Below, piece after piece: positions 18,682-27,615 of a stretch of DNA of 64,000 bases; within the stretch, counting starts at the first letter, position 1, and each line of letters begins with the position of its first letter. The translations under genes and the position numbers were made by a program. This DNA is from Limisphaerales bacterium (GTDB lineage: Bacteria > Verrucomicrobiota > Verrucomicrobiia > Limisphaerales > SXQI01): contig JBGAGW010000012.1 of assembly GCA_044226545.1 (NCBI GenBank), positions 66,107 through 130,106 on the forward strand, written 5' to 3'. The notes beneath the pieces are model-generated. The model was given only the letters and a program-made list of their open reading frames with translations. It was not told where the DNA came from and ran no database searches.

Positions 18682-20247
18682 ATGCAGCAACTGCCGAAAT
18701 CGATATTCATTTTCATTATTTGCATTCCGCTGGCGGTTCTGCTCGGGGTGATGCTCGCCACACCGTTGGACCGGACGACGATGATCATCGTTTTCGGAAC
18801 GTTCCTGGTGCTCTTAACCCCCGTCCTGCTGACGAGCCATCACACCCTTCTTATTCTGACCTGGAACGCTTACATCAACGCGTTCTTCCTGCCCGGCCAG
18901 CCGTACATCTGGATGTTGGCGACTGTTTTGAGCGCTTTCTTCACCATTCTTACTCGCACGCTGAACCGTGGCAAAATGCCCTTCCTCAATGTTTCCAGTG
19001 TCACCTGGTCCCTCATTTTTCTCGGTATCGTCACCTATATTACCGCGCAGATGACCGGTGGCGTGGGTGCGCAGGCGGTCGGTTCCACGGTGTTCGGCGG
19101 TAAGCGCTACTTTTATCTCTGGTGCGCTATCCTGGGATATTTCGCGATCAGCAATATTCCGGTTCCACCACAGAAACGGCAGATGCTGGCCGCTCTCTTC
19201 TTTCTCTCCAGTATAACGGCGGCGATGAGCAACATGGCGTTCATGTTGGGCGAGAAGTTCTACTTTCTGTTCCTGCTGTTTCCGGTGGACTGGGCGATGG
19301 CACAGGCCGCCGCGGAAAACGAAGTGGGCGGATTCAGCCGTGTGGCGGGTTTGGGACCTGCGAGTCTCGCCGGTATCTCGTTCCTGCTGCTGCGTTATGG
19401 GATTCGCGGCACTTTCTCCATGGCGAAAGCTTGGCGCATCGGGCTATTTTTCCTGTGCGTGGCGGCGGGGTTGCTTTCTGGATTCCGCTCGATTCTGCTT
19501 CTGACGCTGATGCTGCTCGCGGTTCAGTTCGTCCTCGAAGGTCTCCATCGCACCAAATACCTGGTCATCTTCGTGGGAGGATTTCTTCTGATGGCCGCGC
19601 TCATCGCTCCTTTTGCTAACAAACTGCCTCTTTCGGCCCAACGCTGCCTCACCATGTTGCCGCTCGACCTGGATCGCGCTGCGGTGGATACGGCGCGCGG
19701 TTCGACCGAATGGCGCCTGGAAATGTGGCGAGCGGTTGTGCCGGATATCCCGATGTACCTCTTCCGTGGGAAAGGGTACGCGATCGACCCGAAGGATCTC
19801 TATTTTGCGCAGCAGAATATTTCCGTTCGCGTGATCTCGCCGTACGAAACCGCCCTCGTCGCGGGCGATTACCACAATGGACCGCTCAGCTTGATCATCC
19901 CATTCGGCATTTGGGGATGTATCGGTTTCGGCTGGTTCTGTATCGCGTCCTTGAGAGTTCTCTGGCGAAATTTCAAATACGGAGACGAAACGATCAAGAA
20001 CGTGAACGCATTTCTGTTTACCTGTTTCGTGGCCAAGTTGTTTTTCTTTTTCTTCATCTTCGGCGCGTTCTACATGGATCTCTCAACGCTCACCGGAATC
20101 GTGGCGCTGAGTGTCTCATTCAATCGAGGCATGGTTGCCAAACAGGCTGCGTTAGCCAAAGCGCCCGTGACGCCCGAACCGGAGCCGGAAGCCCCGACTG
20201 CGCCAGCGTGGCAGCCAGCGTTCGCGCGACGCATACAAAGTTGGTGA
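18682..20247 (+). CDS. O-antigen ligase/polymerase (Wzy_C)-like polytopic membrane protein with a Pro-rich tail
   Basis: It has at least 10 hydrophobic helices and a large loop (TARGSTEWRLEMWRAVV...GKGYAI) resembling the Wzy_C/O-antigen ligase periplasmic loop. The tail reads PVTPEPEPEAPTAPAW. Confidence 0.65.
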   Translation: MQQLPKSIFIFIICIPLAVLLGVMLATPLDRTTMIIVFGTFLVLLTPVLLTSHHTLLILTWNAYINAFFLPGQPYIWMLATVLSAFFTILTRTLNRGKMPFLNVSSVTWSLIFLGIVTYITAQMTGGVGAQAVGSTVFGGKRYFYLWCAILGYFAISNIPVPPQKRQMLAALFFLSSITAAMSNMAFMLGEKFYFLFLLFPVDWAMAQAAAENEVGGFSRVAGLGPASLAGISFLLLRYGIRGTFSMAKAWRIGLFFLCVAAGLLSGFRSILLLTLMLLAVQFVLEGLHRTKYLVIFVGGFLLMAALIAPFANKLPLSAQRCLTMLPLDLDRAAVDTARGSTEWRLEMWRAVVPDIPMYLFRGKGYAIDPKDLYFAQQNISVRVISPYETALVAGDYHNGPLSLIIPFGIWGCIGFGWFCIASLRVLWRNFKYGDETIKNVNAFLFTCFVAKLFFFFFIFGAFYMDLSTLTGIVALSVSFNRGMVAKQAALAKAPVTPEPEPEAPTAPAWQPAFARRIQSW

Positions 20248-20250
20248 AGT

Positions 20251-21630
20251 ATGCCGGGCCGCCCGAAGGTCTCAGCCATTGCCTGCGAGCCGAATTATCG
20301 AAACGCGTCTGCGGTCGAGAAAGCGGTTAGGCAAGCGTTGGAACTGCTCGAACTTCCGTCGGACTTTATCAATCCCGGCCATTCAGTCGTGCTGAAACCC
20401 AATTGGGTGAAAGAGCACGACGAACGCAAACCTGGACCCGGTCAATGGGAACATATCGTTACCCACTCGACAGTCATCGAGGCAGTCGCGGGCTGGGTCG
20501 CCGAGCAGTTGCGTGGAAATGGTAAAATCACCATTTGCGATGCGCCGCAGACCGATTCTTCTTTTCAAACCCTCGCCGCATATTGCGGCCTGAACGAGAT
20601 GGTTCAGCGCTTGCGCAGTCGTTTTCCGGGAATCGAAATTCAGCTTCTCGATCTGCGTCCGGAGGAGTGGCACGCCGTGGACGGCGTTGTTGTCTCGAAG
20701 AAAACGCAAGTGGGCGATCCAGCGGGAAGCACGCAGGTGCGCTTGGATCAGGCCAGTGAGTTTGTCGAATTTGCAGGGCAGGGGAGGCTTTACGGCGCTT
20801 CCTACAACATGGCGGAAACCAACGAACATCACAGCGGCGTCCGGCACGAGTACATGCTTTGCCGCACACCGATGGACGCGGATGTCTTCATCAACATCCC
20901 GAAATTGAAAACGCACAAAAAAGTCGGCCTGACCTGCGCGCTAAAAAATCTCGTCGGCATCAACGCCAACAAGAATTGGTTGCCGCATCATACCGAAGGA
21001 ACTCCCGAGGATGGTGGCGACCAATTTCCGCGCGCCACTGCCAAAGCGCGTTTGGAGCATTCGTGGATGGGAGCCGCCAAACGCGTTCTGCGAAACAGCC
21101 CGGCTTTGTCCCGGCTGTTCGTGCCTCTGAAGAAAGCGGGCCGTCTCTACTTCGGGGACACGCAAAAGGTGGTCCGCTCCGGGAATTGGCACGGTAACGA
21201 CACGTGCTGGCGCATGGTTCTTGACCTGAACAAATGCCTTTTCTTTTTCGGTGGGGATGGCCTTCGCCGCAAGAAACCTCTCAAATACCTGGCTGTCGTG
21301 GATGGAATTGTTGGCGGTGAGGGGAACGGACCGATGGCTGCTGATCCGGTCCTTTCGGGCGTGATCATCGCTGGAACGCACCCAGTCGCTGTGGATGTCG
21401 CTGCGGCCACCCTGATGGGATTTGATTGGCAGAAAATCCGGATGCTAAAAGGATCCTTTACTATGAGGGAGCTGAATTTCGTTGATTTCACCCCGGACCA
21501 GATCGAACTGCTTTCCAATCGCAGCTCGTGGCAGGGGAAGATCGACCAACTGGACGACCTGCTCGCGTTTCGCCCTCACTTCGGTTGGGTCGGGGCAATC
21601 GAGAACGCACGCCGTGCGCTCGTGGCCTGA
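20251..21630 (+). CDS. DUF362 domain protein
   Basis: VVLKPNWV, ITICDAPQT and FINIPKLKTHKKVGLTCALKNLVG are typical DUF362 blocks. Confidence 0.75.
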   Translation: MPGRPKVSAIACEPNYRNASAVEKAVRQALELLELPSDFINPGHSVVLKPNWVKEHDERKPGPGQWEHIVTHSTVIEAVAGWVAEQLRGNGKITICDAPQTDSSFQTLAAYCGLNEMVQRLRSRFPGIEIQLLDLRPEEWHAVDGVVVSKKTQVGDPAGSTQVRLDQASEFVEFAGQGRLYGASYNMAETNEHHSGVRHEYMLCRTPMDADVFINIPKLKTHKKVGLTCALKNLVGINANKNWLPHHTEGTPEDGGDQFPRATAKARLEHSWMGAAKRVLRNSPALSRLFVPLKKAGRLYFGDTQKVVRSGNWHGNDTCWRMVLDLNKCLFFFGGDGLRRKKPLKYLAVVDGIVGGEGNGPMAADPVLSGVIIAGTHPVAVDVAAATLMGFDWQKIRMLKGSFTMRELNFVDFTPDQIELLSNRSSWQGKIDQLDDLLAFRPHFGWVGAIENARRALVA

Positions 21631-21633
21631 ACG

Positions 21634-23067
21634 ATGAGCCTCGAAGACAAGCTCTACCCGCTCCTTTCGATTTATGAGCGATTGCCGCGCGCACCAAAAT
21701 GGGCACTCGGCTTCGCTTATCGACAGCTTCCCGAAAGCTTTCGCCGCGGAAAATCGTATCGTGAATTCAAACAACTCGCCGAAGAGGGTGAGTATTGGGA
21801 CCGAAAGCAGATCGAAGAATTTCAATTTCGGGAATTGCGCCGCGTTCTGGAACATGCACAAGAGCATTGCCCTTTTTACCGCGAGCGTTTCCAGCAGCAA
21901 GGTTTTGACGCTCGGAAGTTCAACAGCTTCGCGGATTTGGAGAAAGCTCCACTTCTGGAAAAGCGCGACCTGCTTGAAAGCCGCGAGCAGATGCTTTCAA
22001 GTGCCTTTGCCGAATCAGCGCGCCTTTACATAACCACCGGTGGTTCCACCGGCGTGCCGGTCGGTTTCTATCTCCAGCGCGGGGTGAGTCGGCCCAAGGA
22101 GCAGGCATTCCTCGAGGCGATGTGGAAACGGGGCGGATTTTTTGACGGCGCGCGGCTCGCGTTATTGCGCGGGCATGTCACAAGCTCCAAAGCGGACGGC
22201 GCAATCAGTTCGTACGATGCCACGCGGGACTGGCTCATGCTTTCTTCCTACCACCTCACGCCGGAACGTCTTCACGCCTACCTCAACGAACTCAAACGTT
22301 TCCGCCCCGATCTGCTCTACGTTTATCCGTCATCCGCCTTGCAACTTGTCGAGTATTTACAGCAGAGCGGTATCCGCTGGGAATTACCCTTGCGTGGCGT
22401 TCTCTGCGGATCCGAGCGGCTCACCGAACCGCAGCGGAAATTGATCGAATCGACCTTCAACTGCCGAGCTTATAGCTGGTACGGCCATTCGGAGCGCGTT
22501 ATTCTCGCTGCGGAGGGACGGAAATCGACCCACTACTATTTCGTTCCGCAATATGGTTACGTGGAATTTGGCCCACCCACAGCAGAGGGTCTGCGTGAAG
22601 TGATCGGCACTTCTTTCCACAACCTCGTTATGCCGCTCATCCGCTATCGCACCGGTGACTACGTGCGGTTGCTTTCGGAAAACGTCGAGCGCGAATATCC
22701 CGTCCCCACCGCGACAGAAATCGCTGGCCGCGAACAGGAATTCCTTCTCAGTCGAACGGGGCGGAAGATTTCGCTCACCGCCTTCAATATGCACGACGCA
22801 ATTTTCGACAATCTTTACGCCGTGCAGTTTTACCAGGATCGACCGGGCTTCGCCGAATTCCGTTACATTCCTGGCCCGCAATTTCACTCCTCGCGCGTTT
22901 CCGCCATTGAGTCAGGCATCCGACGCAAACTCGGCGATGATTTCGCCATTGAATTGAGGCCCGTGCGCGAGGTGGAGAAAACTCCCGCGGGCAAACATCG
23001 CTGGATCGTCAGCAAGATCGCTACTGGGTCAGCCGGAAAAACTGAAACTTCTCCGTCGCCGGAATAA
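21634..23067 (+). CDS. CapK / phenylacetate-CoA ligase / F390-synthetase-like adenylate-forming enzyme
   Basis: FYRERFQQQGF, LEKAPLLEKRDL, TTGGSTGVP and IRYRTGDYV are present. The start is 4 nt after the DUF362 stop. Confidence 0.75.
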   Translation: MSLEDKLYPLLSIYERLPRAPKWALGFAYRQLPESFRRGKSYREFKQLAEEGEYWDRKQIEEFQFRELRRVLEHAQEHCPFYRERFQQQGFDARKFNSFADLEKAPLLEKRDLLESREQMLSSAFAESARLYITTGGSTGVPVGFYLQRGVSRPKEQAFLEAMWKRGGFFDGARLALLRGHVTSSKADGAISSYDATRDWLMLSSYHLTPERLHAYLNELKRFRPDLLYVYPSSALQLVEYLQQSGIRWELPLRGVLCGSERLTEPQRKLIESTFNCRAYSWYGHSERVILAAEGRKSTHYYFVPQYGYVEFGPPTAEGLREVIGTSFHNLVMPLIRYRTGDYVRLLSENVEREYPVPTATEIAGREQEFLLSRTGRKISLTAFNMHDAIFDNLYAVQFYQDRPGFAEFRYIPGPQFHSSRVSAIESGIRRKLGDDFAIELRPVREVEKTPAGKHRWIVSKIATGSAGKTETSPSPE

Positions 23068-23887
23068 CAAACGTTCGGGTGGATGCGTCAACCGCAGTGA
23101 TCGTGGCCTGCTGCTCAGCCCAGGAATTCAGGGTGGTGCTGCCCTGCACTTGAGTGTTGGCTGTCGTGTTGCTGGCAGTGAATTGGAATTTCCCATCTTT
23201 AAGCTGCACATCCGAAATCGTGGGATTCACCGGTTGCGAGCCACCGCTGGTGGCCACCAATTGGCCTTTAAGTGTCAACTGCGAATCGTTATCCGAGAGG
23301 AGGGAAAAGTAGAAAGTGGCGTCGAGCGCAATGGTCAGCGTTTGAACACCGTTGTTGGAGACGAAAGTTCCGACCGTTGCCGTCTGGTTTGTTCCATTGC
23401 CCGCGAGCGCTTTGCTTCCGACACCAAGAAAACCGGCATTGTAATCGAGCACGGAGGTCGAATTCGGAGGAAATGCAAAGATGATCGAGGAGGCATCAAA
23501 CCGACCGGTCGCGTCGAGTGTTTTCGCCTGGCTGGTAGCAGTCACAACCAAGTCACGGAGTGCGCCGGTGATCGTTCCCACGATCGAGCTTGCCTGCCCC
23601 GCAAGGTCCGCAGGTGCTGTGTCCGTCCCGTTCTTCCCCGGCTTCCAATTGCCATTGGTATTCGGGTCCAGATTGGCGCTGTCGATTTGGATCTGGTTAT
23701 TCGCGAGGGTCACATCCATCGTGCCGCCCACAGTCGTGGAGAGGCTGCCGGTGCCCTGTTCTCGCAATGTGAAACCGGCAACGGTGCCGGAGAGAGTGAT
23801 TTGGCTTTGCGTGGGGTCGACATTCAGAGTTGTGGCTTGAATCACCAGTGAGGAAGCCAAAAGCAAAACTGTGGAAAAATTACGCAT
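23021..23887 (-). CDS. Secreted Thr/Asn/Gln-rich beta protein ending in the FFRL module
   Basis: The signal peptide is MRNFSTVLLLASSLVIQA (ATG 23887). The protein ends QVQGSTTLNSWAEQQ...EKFQFFRLTQ. The longer track ORF (to 24502) is antisense to purC. The 3' end overlaps the convergent CapK-like gene by 47 nt. Confidence 0.6.
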   Translation of the reverse strand: MRNFSTVLLLASSLVIQATTLNVDPTQSQITLSGTVAGFTLREQGTGSLSTTVGGTMDVTLANNQIQIDSANLDPNTNGNWKPGKNGTDTAPADLAGQASSIVGTITGALRDLVVTATSQAKTLDATGRFDASSIIFAFPPNSTSVLDYNAGFLGVGSKALAGNGTNQTATVGTFVSNNGVQTLTIALDATFYFSLLSDNDSQLTLKGQLVATSGGSQPVNPTISDVQLKDGKFQFTASNTTANTQVQGSTTLNSWAEQQATITAVDASTRTFVIPATEKFQFFRLTQ

Positions 23888-24013
23888 ACGTGTCTGGGCA
23901 AGATTTACCATCGCGGCGAGGATAATGCCATACAGGTTCGGGGGCACAAGTCTGAGCCTGAAAGCTTTCAACAACGCTTGCAGTTCAATTCCGACCCCAC
24001 ATACTGAGTCCCG

Positions 24014-24907
24014 ATGACGAACCAAACGGTTTTGAGTTTGGATTTGCCCGGCCTGAAAAAGCTCAAGAGCGGCAAGGTGCGGGAGATTTTTGACTTGGGT
24101 GACACCTTCCTTTTTGTGGCGACGGACCGAATTTCCGCCTTCGATTGCGTGATGCCAAACGGCATTCCGCGTAAAGGGGAGGTGCTCACGCAACTTTCGC
24201 ATTTTTGGTTCGACCAGGTGGAGAATATCGTCCCCAATCACCGCCTCGCGCGAGCTGACGACCCCCTCCCACCGAAGTTGAAGCCCTTTGAAGCCCAGTT
24301 GGCGAGACGGAGCATGATCGTCGAGAAGGCGCAGCCACTCGAAATTGAATGCGTCGTGCGGGGGTATTTGGCGGGTTCCGGATGGAAGGAATACCAGAAG
24401 TCGCAGACGGTTTGCGGAATCAAATTGCCGTCGGGCTTGCAGAATTCGAGTGAATTGCCGGAGCCGATTTTCACTCCGGCGACAAAAGCCGAAACCGGCC
24501 ACGACGAAAACATCAATTTCGCGACCGCTTCAAAGATTGTCGGACACGAAATTGCGGAACGGGTGCGAGACATTTCGATTTCGATCTATTCCTTCGCACG
24601 GGAATATGCACGCAAGCGTGGGATTATCATCGCGGACACCAAGTTCGAATTTGGAACAATGCCCGATGGTCAGTTGATTTTAATCGATGAAGTGTTGACG
24701 CCCGATTCGTCGCGTTTTTGGCCAGCCAGCGAATACCAGGCAGGAAAAAATCAACCGAGTTTCGACAAGCAGTACGTGCGGGATTATCTGGAGACACTCG
24801 ATTGGAATAAAACACCACCCGCGCCACCGCTGCCGGCGGAGGTAGTCGAGAAGACGACGGCGAAATATCTCGAAGCGTATCGGCGAATTACCGGAAAGGA
24901 AATTTGA
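24014..24907 (+). CDS. purC: Phosphoribosylaminoimidazole-succinocarboxamide (SAICAR) synthase
   Basis: SGKVREIFD, ATDRISAFD, EIECVVRGYLAGSGW and IADTKFEFG are present. Confidence 0.95.
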   Translation: MTNQTVLSLDLPGLKKLKSGKVREIFDLGDTFLFVATDRISAFDCVMPNGIPRKGEVLTQLSHFWFDQVENIVPNHRLARADDPLPPKLKPFEAQLARRSMIVEKAQPLEIECVVRGYLAGSGWKEYQKSQTVCGIKLPSGLQNSSELPEPIFTPATKAETGHDENINFATASKIVGHEIAERVRDISISIYSFAREYARKRGIIIADTKFEFGTMPDGQLILIDEVLTPDSSRFWPASEYQAGKNQPSFDKQYVRDYLETLDWNKTPPAPPLPAEVVEKTTAKYLEAYRRITGKEI

Positions 24908-24934
24908 CACGAATTTCACGAATTAACACGAATT
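24908..24934. repeat. Three direct CACGAATT octamers (spacing 9 and 10 bp): left arm of the GxxExxY cassette
   Basis: Read directly: CACGAATTTCACGAATTAACACGAATT, starting right after the purC TGA. Confidence 0.9.
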
Positions 24935-24988
24935 GAAAGCGCATTAAGCTCGTGAGAATTATGGTAGCTCCTTTCTAAACGGTTTCCA

Positions 24989-25363
24989 ATGAGCGATCTG
25001 ATTTACAAGGCAGAAATCTTTCAGCTCGTCGGATATTGCATGGAGATTCATCGAGAACTTGGAAAGGGTTACGATGAGATCGTTTATAAGGATGCGCTGG
25101 TCGTTGAGTTCAGCCGAGCTTCAATTCCGTTTGTTCGAGAAAAAAGATACGAAGTTCTCTACAAGGGAGTGCTGTTGGCCCACCCCTACTTCGCTGATTT
25201 CGTTGTATGGGATAAAATCCTCTTTGAAGCGAAAGCTGTCGAGAAACTGACAGAGGCCCACGTGAGGCAGGTCATGAATTACCTGGCCGCCTCGAAACTC
25301 CGGCTTGGCCTGCTCGTTAATTTCGGCGCTGATTCCCTGGAGTGGAAGCGCGTTATTTTATGA
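24989..25363 (+). CDS. GxxExxY protein (PD-(D/E)xK nuclease-like family)
   Basis: LGKGYDEIVYKDAL contains the G-x-x-E-x-x-Y signature. FADFVVWDKILFEAKAV is the D...E-x-K core. MNYLAASKLRLGLLVNFG is the family C-terminus. Confidence 0.85.
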   Translation: MSDLIYKAEIFQLVGYCMEIHRELGKGYDEIVYKDALVVEFSRASIPFVREKRYEVLYKGVLLAHPYFADFVVWDKILFEAKAVEKLTEAHVRQVMNYLAASKLRLGLLVNFGADSLEWKRVIL

Positions 25364-25373
25364 GCTTTGCTCT

Positions 25374-25400
25374 AATTCGTGAAAATTCGTGCAATTCCTG
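25374..25400. repeat. Three AATTCGTG-type octamers (third is AATTCCTG; spacing 10 and 9 bp): right arm, inverted relative to the left arm
   Basis: Read directly: AATTCGTGAAAATTCGTGCAATTCCTG. This is the reverse complement of the left-arm unit, with mirrored spacing. Confidence 0.9.
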
Positions 25401-25451
25401 TCAAAAGTTAACGATAGCAATTCCACGAATCGCCGCGGATTCGGTGATCAG

Positions 25452-26372
25452 ATGCAGGCATTAGTGGAAGATTTTTTGCAGCACATTCGCAACGAGCGCG
25501 GCCAGGCGGAGCACACCCAACGAACCTACGCCGCGTTGCTGAACCGTTTCGTGAGGTGGGCTGGAGAGGAGCAACTGAGTGACTGGCGTGGAATCGAATT
25601 GAAACATCTCACGGACTTTCTTCTCCACGAGCAAGCAAGGAAAATTGCGCGAACGTCCGAGGACTCTCAGAAAAAGCTCAGTACCAGCTCCATCTATCTT
25701 GCCATTGCCGCCTTCCGCGCCTTCTACAAATTTTGCGAAAACGAAAAAATTCTCCCTGAAAATGTGGCGGAACATCTTTCCCTGCCCAAACGGTGGAAGC
25801 GTTTACCAAAGAATCTAAGCGGCCCGGAGATCGAACAACTTCTGCGGCCCAGCACCCCTGCAACTCCGCAATCATTGTGCGAAGATTCCATCGTCGAAAT
25901 GGCTTACGCATCCGGCTTGCGTTTGACTGAGTTGCGGACGATCCGGTTGGAGCAACTCCACCTCGATGCCGGATTTATCAATGTGATCGGCAAGGGCAAC
26001 AAAGAACGGGTCGTGCCCATCGGCAAGTCGGCCATCGCAAGTCTTGAGCGCTATCTTCAATCCGGCCGACCGAATCTCGTTCGGCCAAAATCTCCGGGAA
26101 CAGTTTTTCTCACGAAGCGCGGGACGCCATTTGCGTCTGTCACGTTGTGGCTGCGGATCAAAAAAAGGGTGGAACGTTGCGGCATCAAAAAGAATGTTAC
26201 TCCGCACATGCTCCGCCATAGTTTTGCGACTCATCTCCTGGAAAATGGCGCTGACCTGCGGGTCATTCAGGAAATGTTGGGGCACTCCAGCATCAGCACA
26301 ACTGAGGTTTATACACACGTCACCGGCAAACGATTGCAGGAGGTTCACCGCCGCTATCATCCACGCAAATGA
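25452..26372 (+). CDS. Tyrosine recombinase, XerC/XerD family
   Basis: FLQHIRNERGQAEHTQRTYAALLNRF is the SAM-like N-domain. The catalytic region reads ASGLRLTEL...HMLRHSFATHLLENGADLRVIQEMLGHSSISTTEVYTHV. The start is at ATG 25452. Confidence 0.9.
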   Translation: MQALVEDFLQHIRNERGQAEHTQRTYAALLNRFVRWAGEEQLSDWRGIELKHLTDFLLHEQARKIARTSEDSQKKLSTSSIYLAIAAFRAFYKFCENEKILPENVAEHLSLPKRWKRLPKNLSGPEIEQLLRPSTPATPQSLCEDSIVEMAYASGLRLTELRTIRLEQLHLDAGFINVIGKGNKERVVPIGKSAIASLERYLQSGRPNLVRPKSPGTVFLTKRGTPFASVTLWLRIKKRVERCGIKKNVTPHMLRHSFATHLLENGADLRVIQEMLGHSSISTTEVYTHVTGKRLQEVHRRYHPRK

Positions 26373-26884
26373 GCGAGACGCCCGAATCCGTCAGTGAAGA
26401 GTTGGCCTGGTACGTGGCGCACACCCGCCCACGGTGCGAAAAAAAATTGGCCGAATACTGCCAGCGCGAAGGTTTCGCCGTGACACTTCCACTCTATAAA
26501 AGTGTGAAGAAATATCCCGGCAAAGTCCTAACCTTCGAAAAGCCACTCTTTCCAAATTACCTGTTTCTGCGTTTGCTGCCACACCAGCGCAAAAAGGTTT
26601 ACCAGAGCGATTACGTGGCGAATTTGCTCGATGTGCCGGACCAGGAAACCTTCGAACGCCAACTGAGTGACATTCTCCTCGCTCTCGAAACCGATTACGA
26701 AATTCTCGCATTGCCGCACATCAGCACCGGGAAGCATGTGCGCATTAGATCTGGCGTGCTCCGCGGCATGGAAGGTTACGTGGAAGAACGTCAGGGCAAA
26801 TTCGTTGTGCTGCTCCGCCTCGATTTCATCGCGCAATCCGCGGGCGTTAAGGTGGACGCCGCCGATTTGGAAGTAACCGATTAG
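26369..26884 (+). CDS. NusG paralog (RfaH/UpxY-like specialised antiterminator)
   Basis: The NGN domain is WYVAHTRPRCEKKLAEYCQREGFAVTLPLY...LFPNYLFLRL. The KOW-like motif is GKHVRIRSGVLRGMEGYVEE. Its start overlaps the xer stop (ATGA). Confidence 0.8.
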   Translation: MSETPESVSEELAWYVAHTRPRCEKKLAEYCQREGFAVTLPLYKSVKKYPGKVLTFEKPLFPNYLFLRLLPHQRKKVYQSDYVANLLDVPDQETFERQLSDILLALETDYEILALPHISTGKHVRIRSGVLRGMEGYVEERQGKFVVLLRLDFIAQSAGVKVDAADLEVTD

Positions 26885-27045
26885 AACGGGCCCAATGGAG
26901 TGGATGTGCTGCCGCGGTTTTCGGAGCCCCGACCGGCTACAGCGTCACCACGTATTCGGTAAGCGGCTTTCCGTCGCTTTGGTAATGGTGCTGCTTTTGA
27001 CTTCGCGAGCTTTTCGAGGATAAAACAGAACGGAGGAGACGGTTT

Positions 27046-27615
27046 ATGAAATTGCTATCATTGGCGTTGTATGTGATCTCTTTATCCCTATTTGAGGGCA
27101 TACTCTATGCGCAGGGAACGCTTGTGTTTAATAACCTCGGCCCTAACGATGGAAAGGTCTTTCTCTTCGACTGGGCCGGGAACCAAACTTTGTTGAATCA
27201 GGATCTCAATTTTAGCCTTCAATGGCGAGTGATTGGAGGAGGACCCTCCTTTGAACGTAAATGGCTTTTGAGTGACGGCACTGCGAAAGGCATTAACGTC
27301 GGACCGGGACTTTTCGCCGATCCCAGTCACAGTGTGATAAGTCTTTCAGTGTTTGCGCCTGGAGAAACGATAGGGGTGTGGGTGAGCGCCTGGGCCGGCG
27401 ATTATTCCACCTTCGACGCCGCGTTGGGCGCTGGAGCTGCGGTGGCCGGAACCGGTTTCTTCTCGAAGGCGGGAAGCATTGAGGCTCCGCCTGGGAGTCT
27501 GACAGGTTTTCCGGAGCTACATGTCGGTGTCCTACCGGAGCCGGGAATCTTTACATTAGGAATGATCGGGACGGCCATATTCCTTTTGGGTCGATTTAGG
27601 AATCCGCGTGGATGA
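27046..27615 (+). CDS. PEP-CTERM sorting-domain protein (exosortase substrate)
   Basis: There is a signal peptide. The C-terminus VLPEPGIFTLGMIGTAIFLLGRFRNPRG is a PEP motif, then a TM helix, then a basic tail. Confidence 0.85.
   Translation: MKLLSLALYVISLSLFEGILYAQGTLVFNNLGPNDGKVFLFDWAGNQTLLNQDLNFSLQWRVIGGGPSFERKWLLSDGTAKGINVGPGLFADPSHSVISLSVFAPGETIGVWVSAWAGDYSTFDAALGAGAAVAGTGFFSKAGSIEAPPGSLTGFPELHVGVLPEPGIFTLGMIGTAIFLLGRFRNPRG

Noticed and set aside
23888-24502. N-terminal extension of the 23021-24502 minus-strand ORF
   Set aside because: It is antisense to purC. A good signal peptide starts at ATG 23887, so the upstream part is a chance open frame in GC-rich DNA.
26885-27045. Possible invertible promoter between the nusG paralog and the PEP-CTERM gene
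   Set aside because: I could not find flanking inverted repeats of useful length by eye. I kept the idea only as a check under the xer / nusG-paralog finding.
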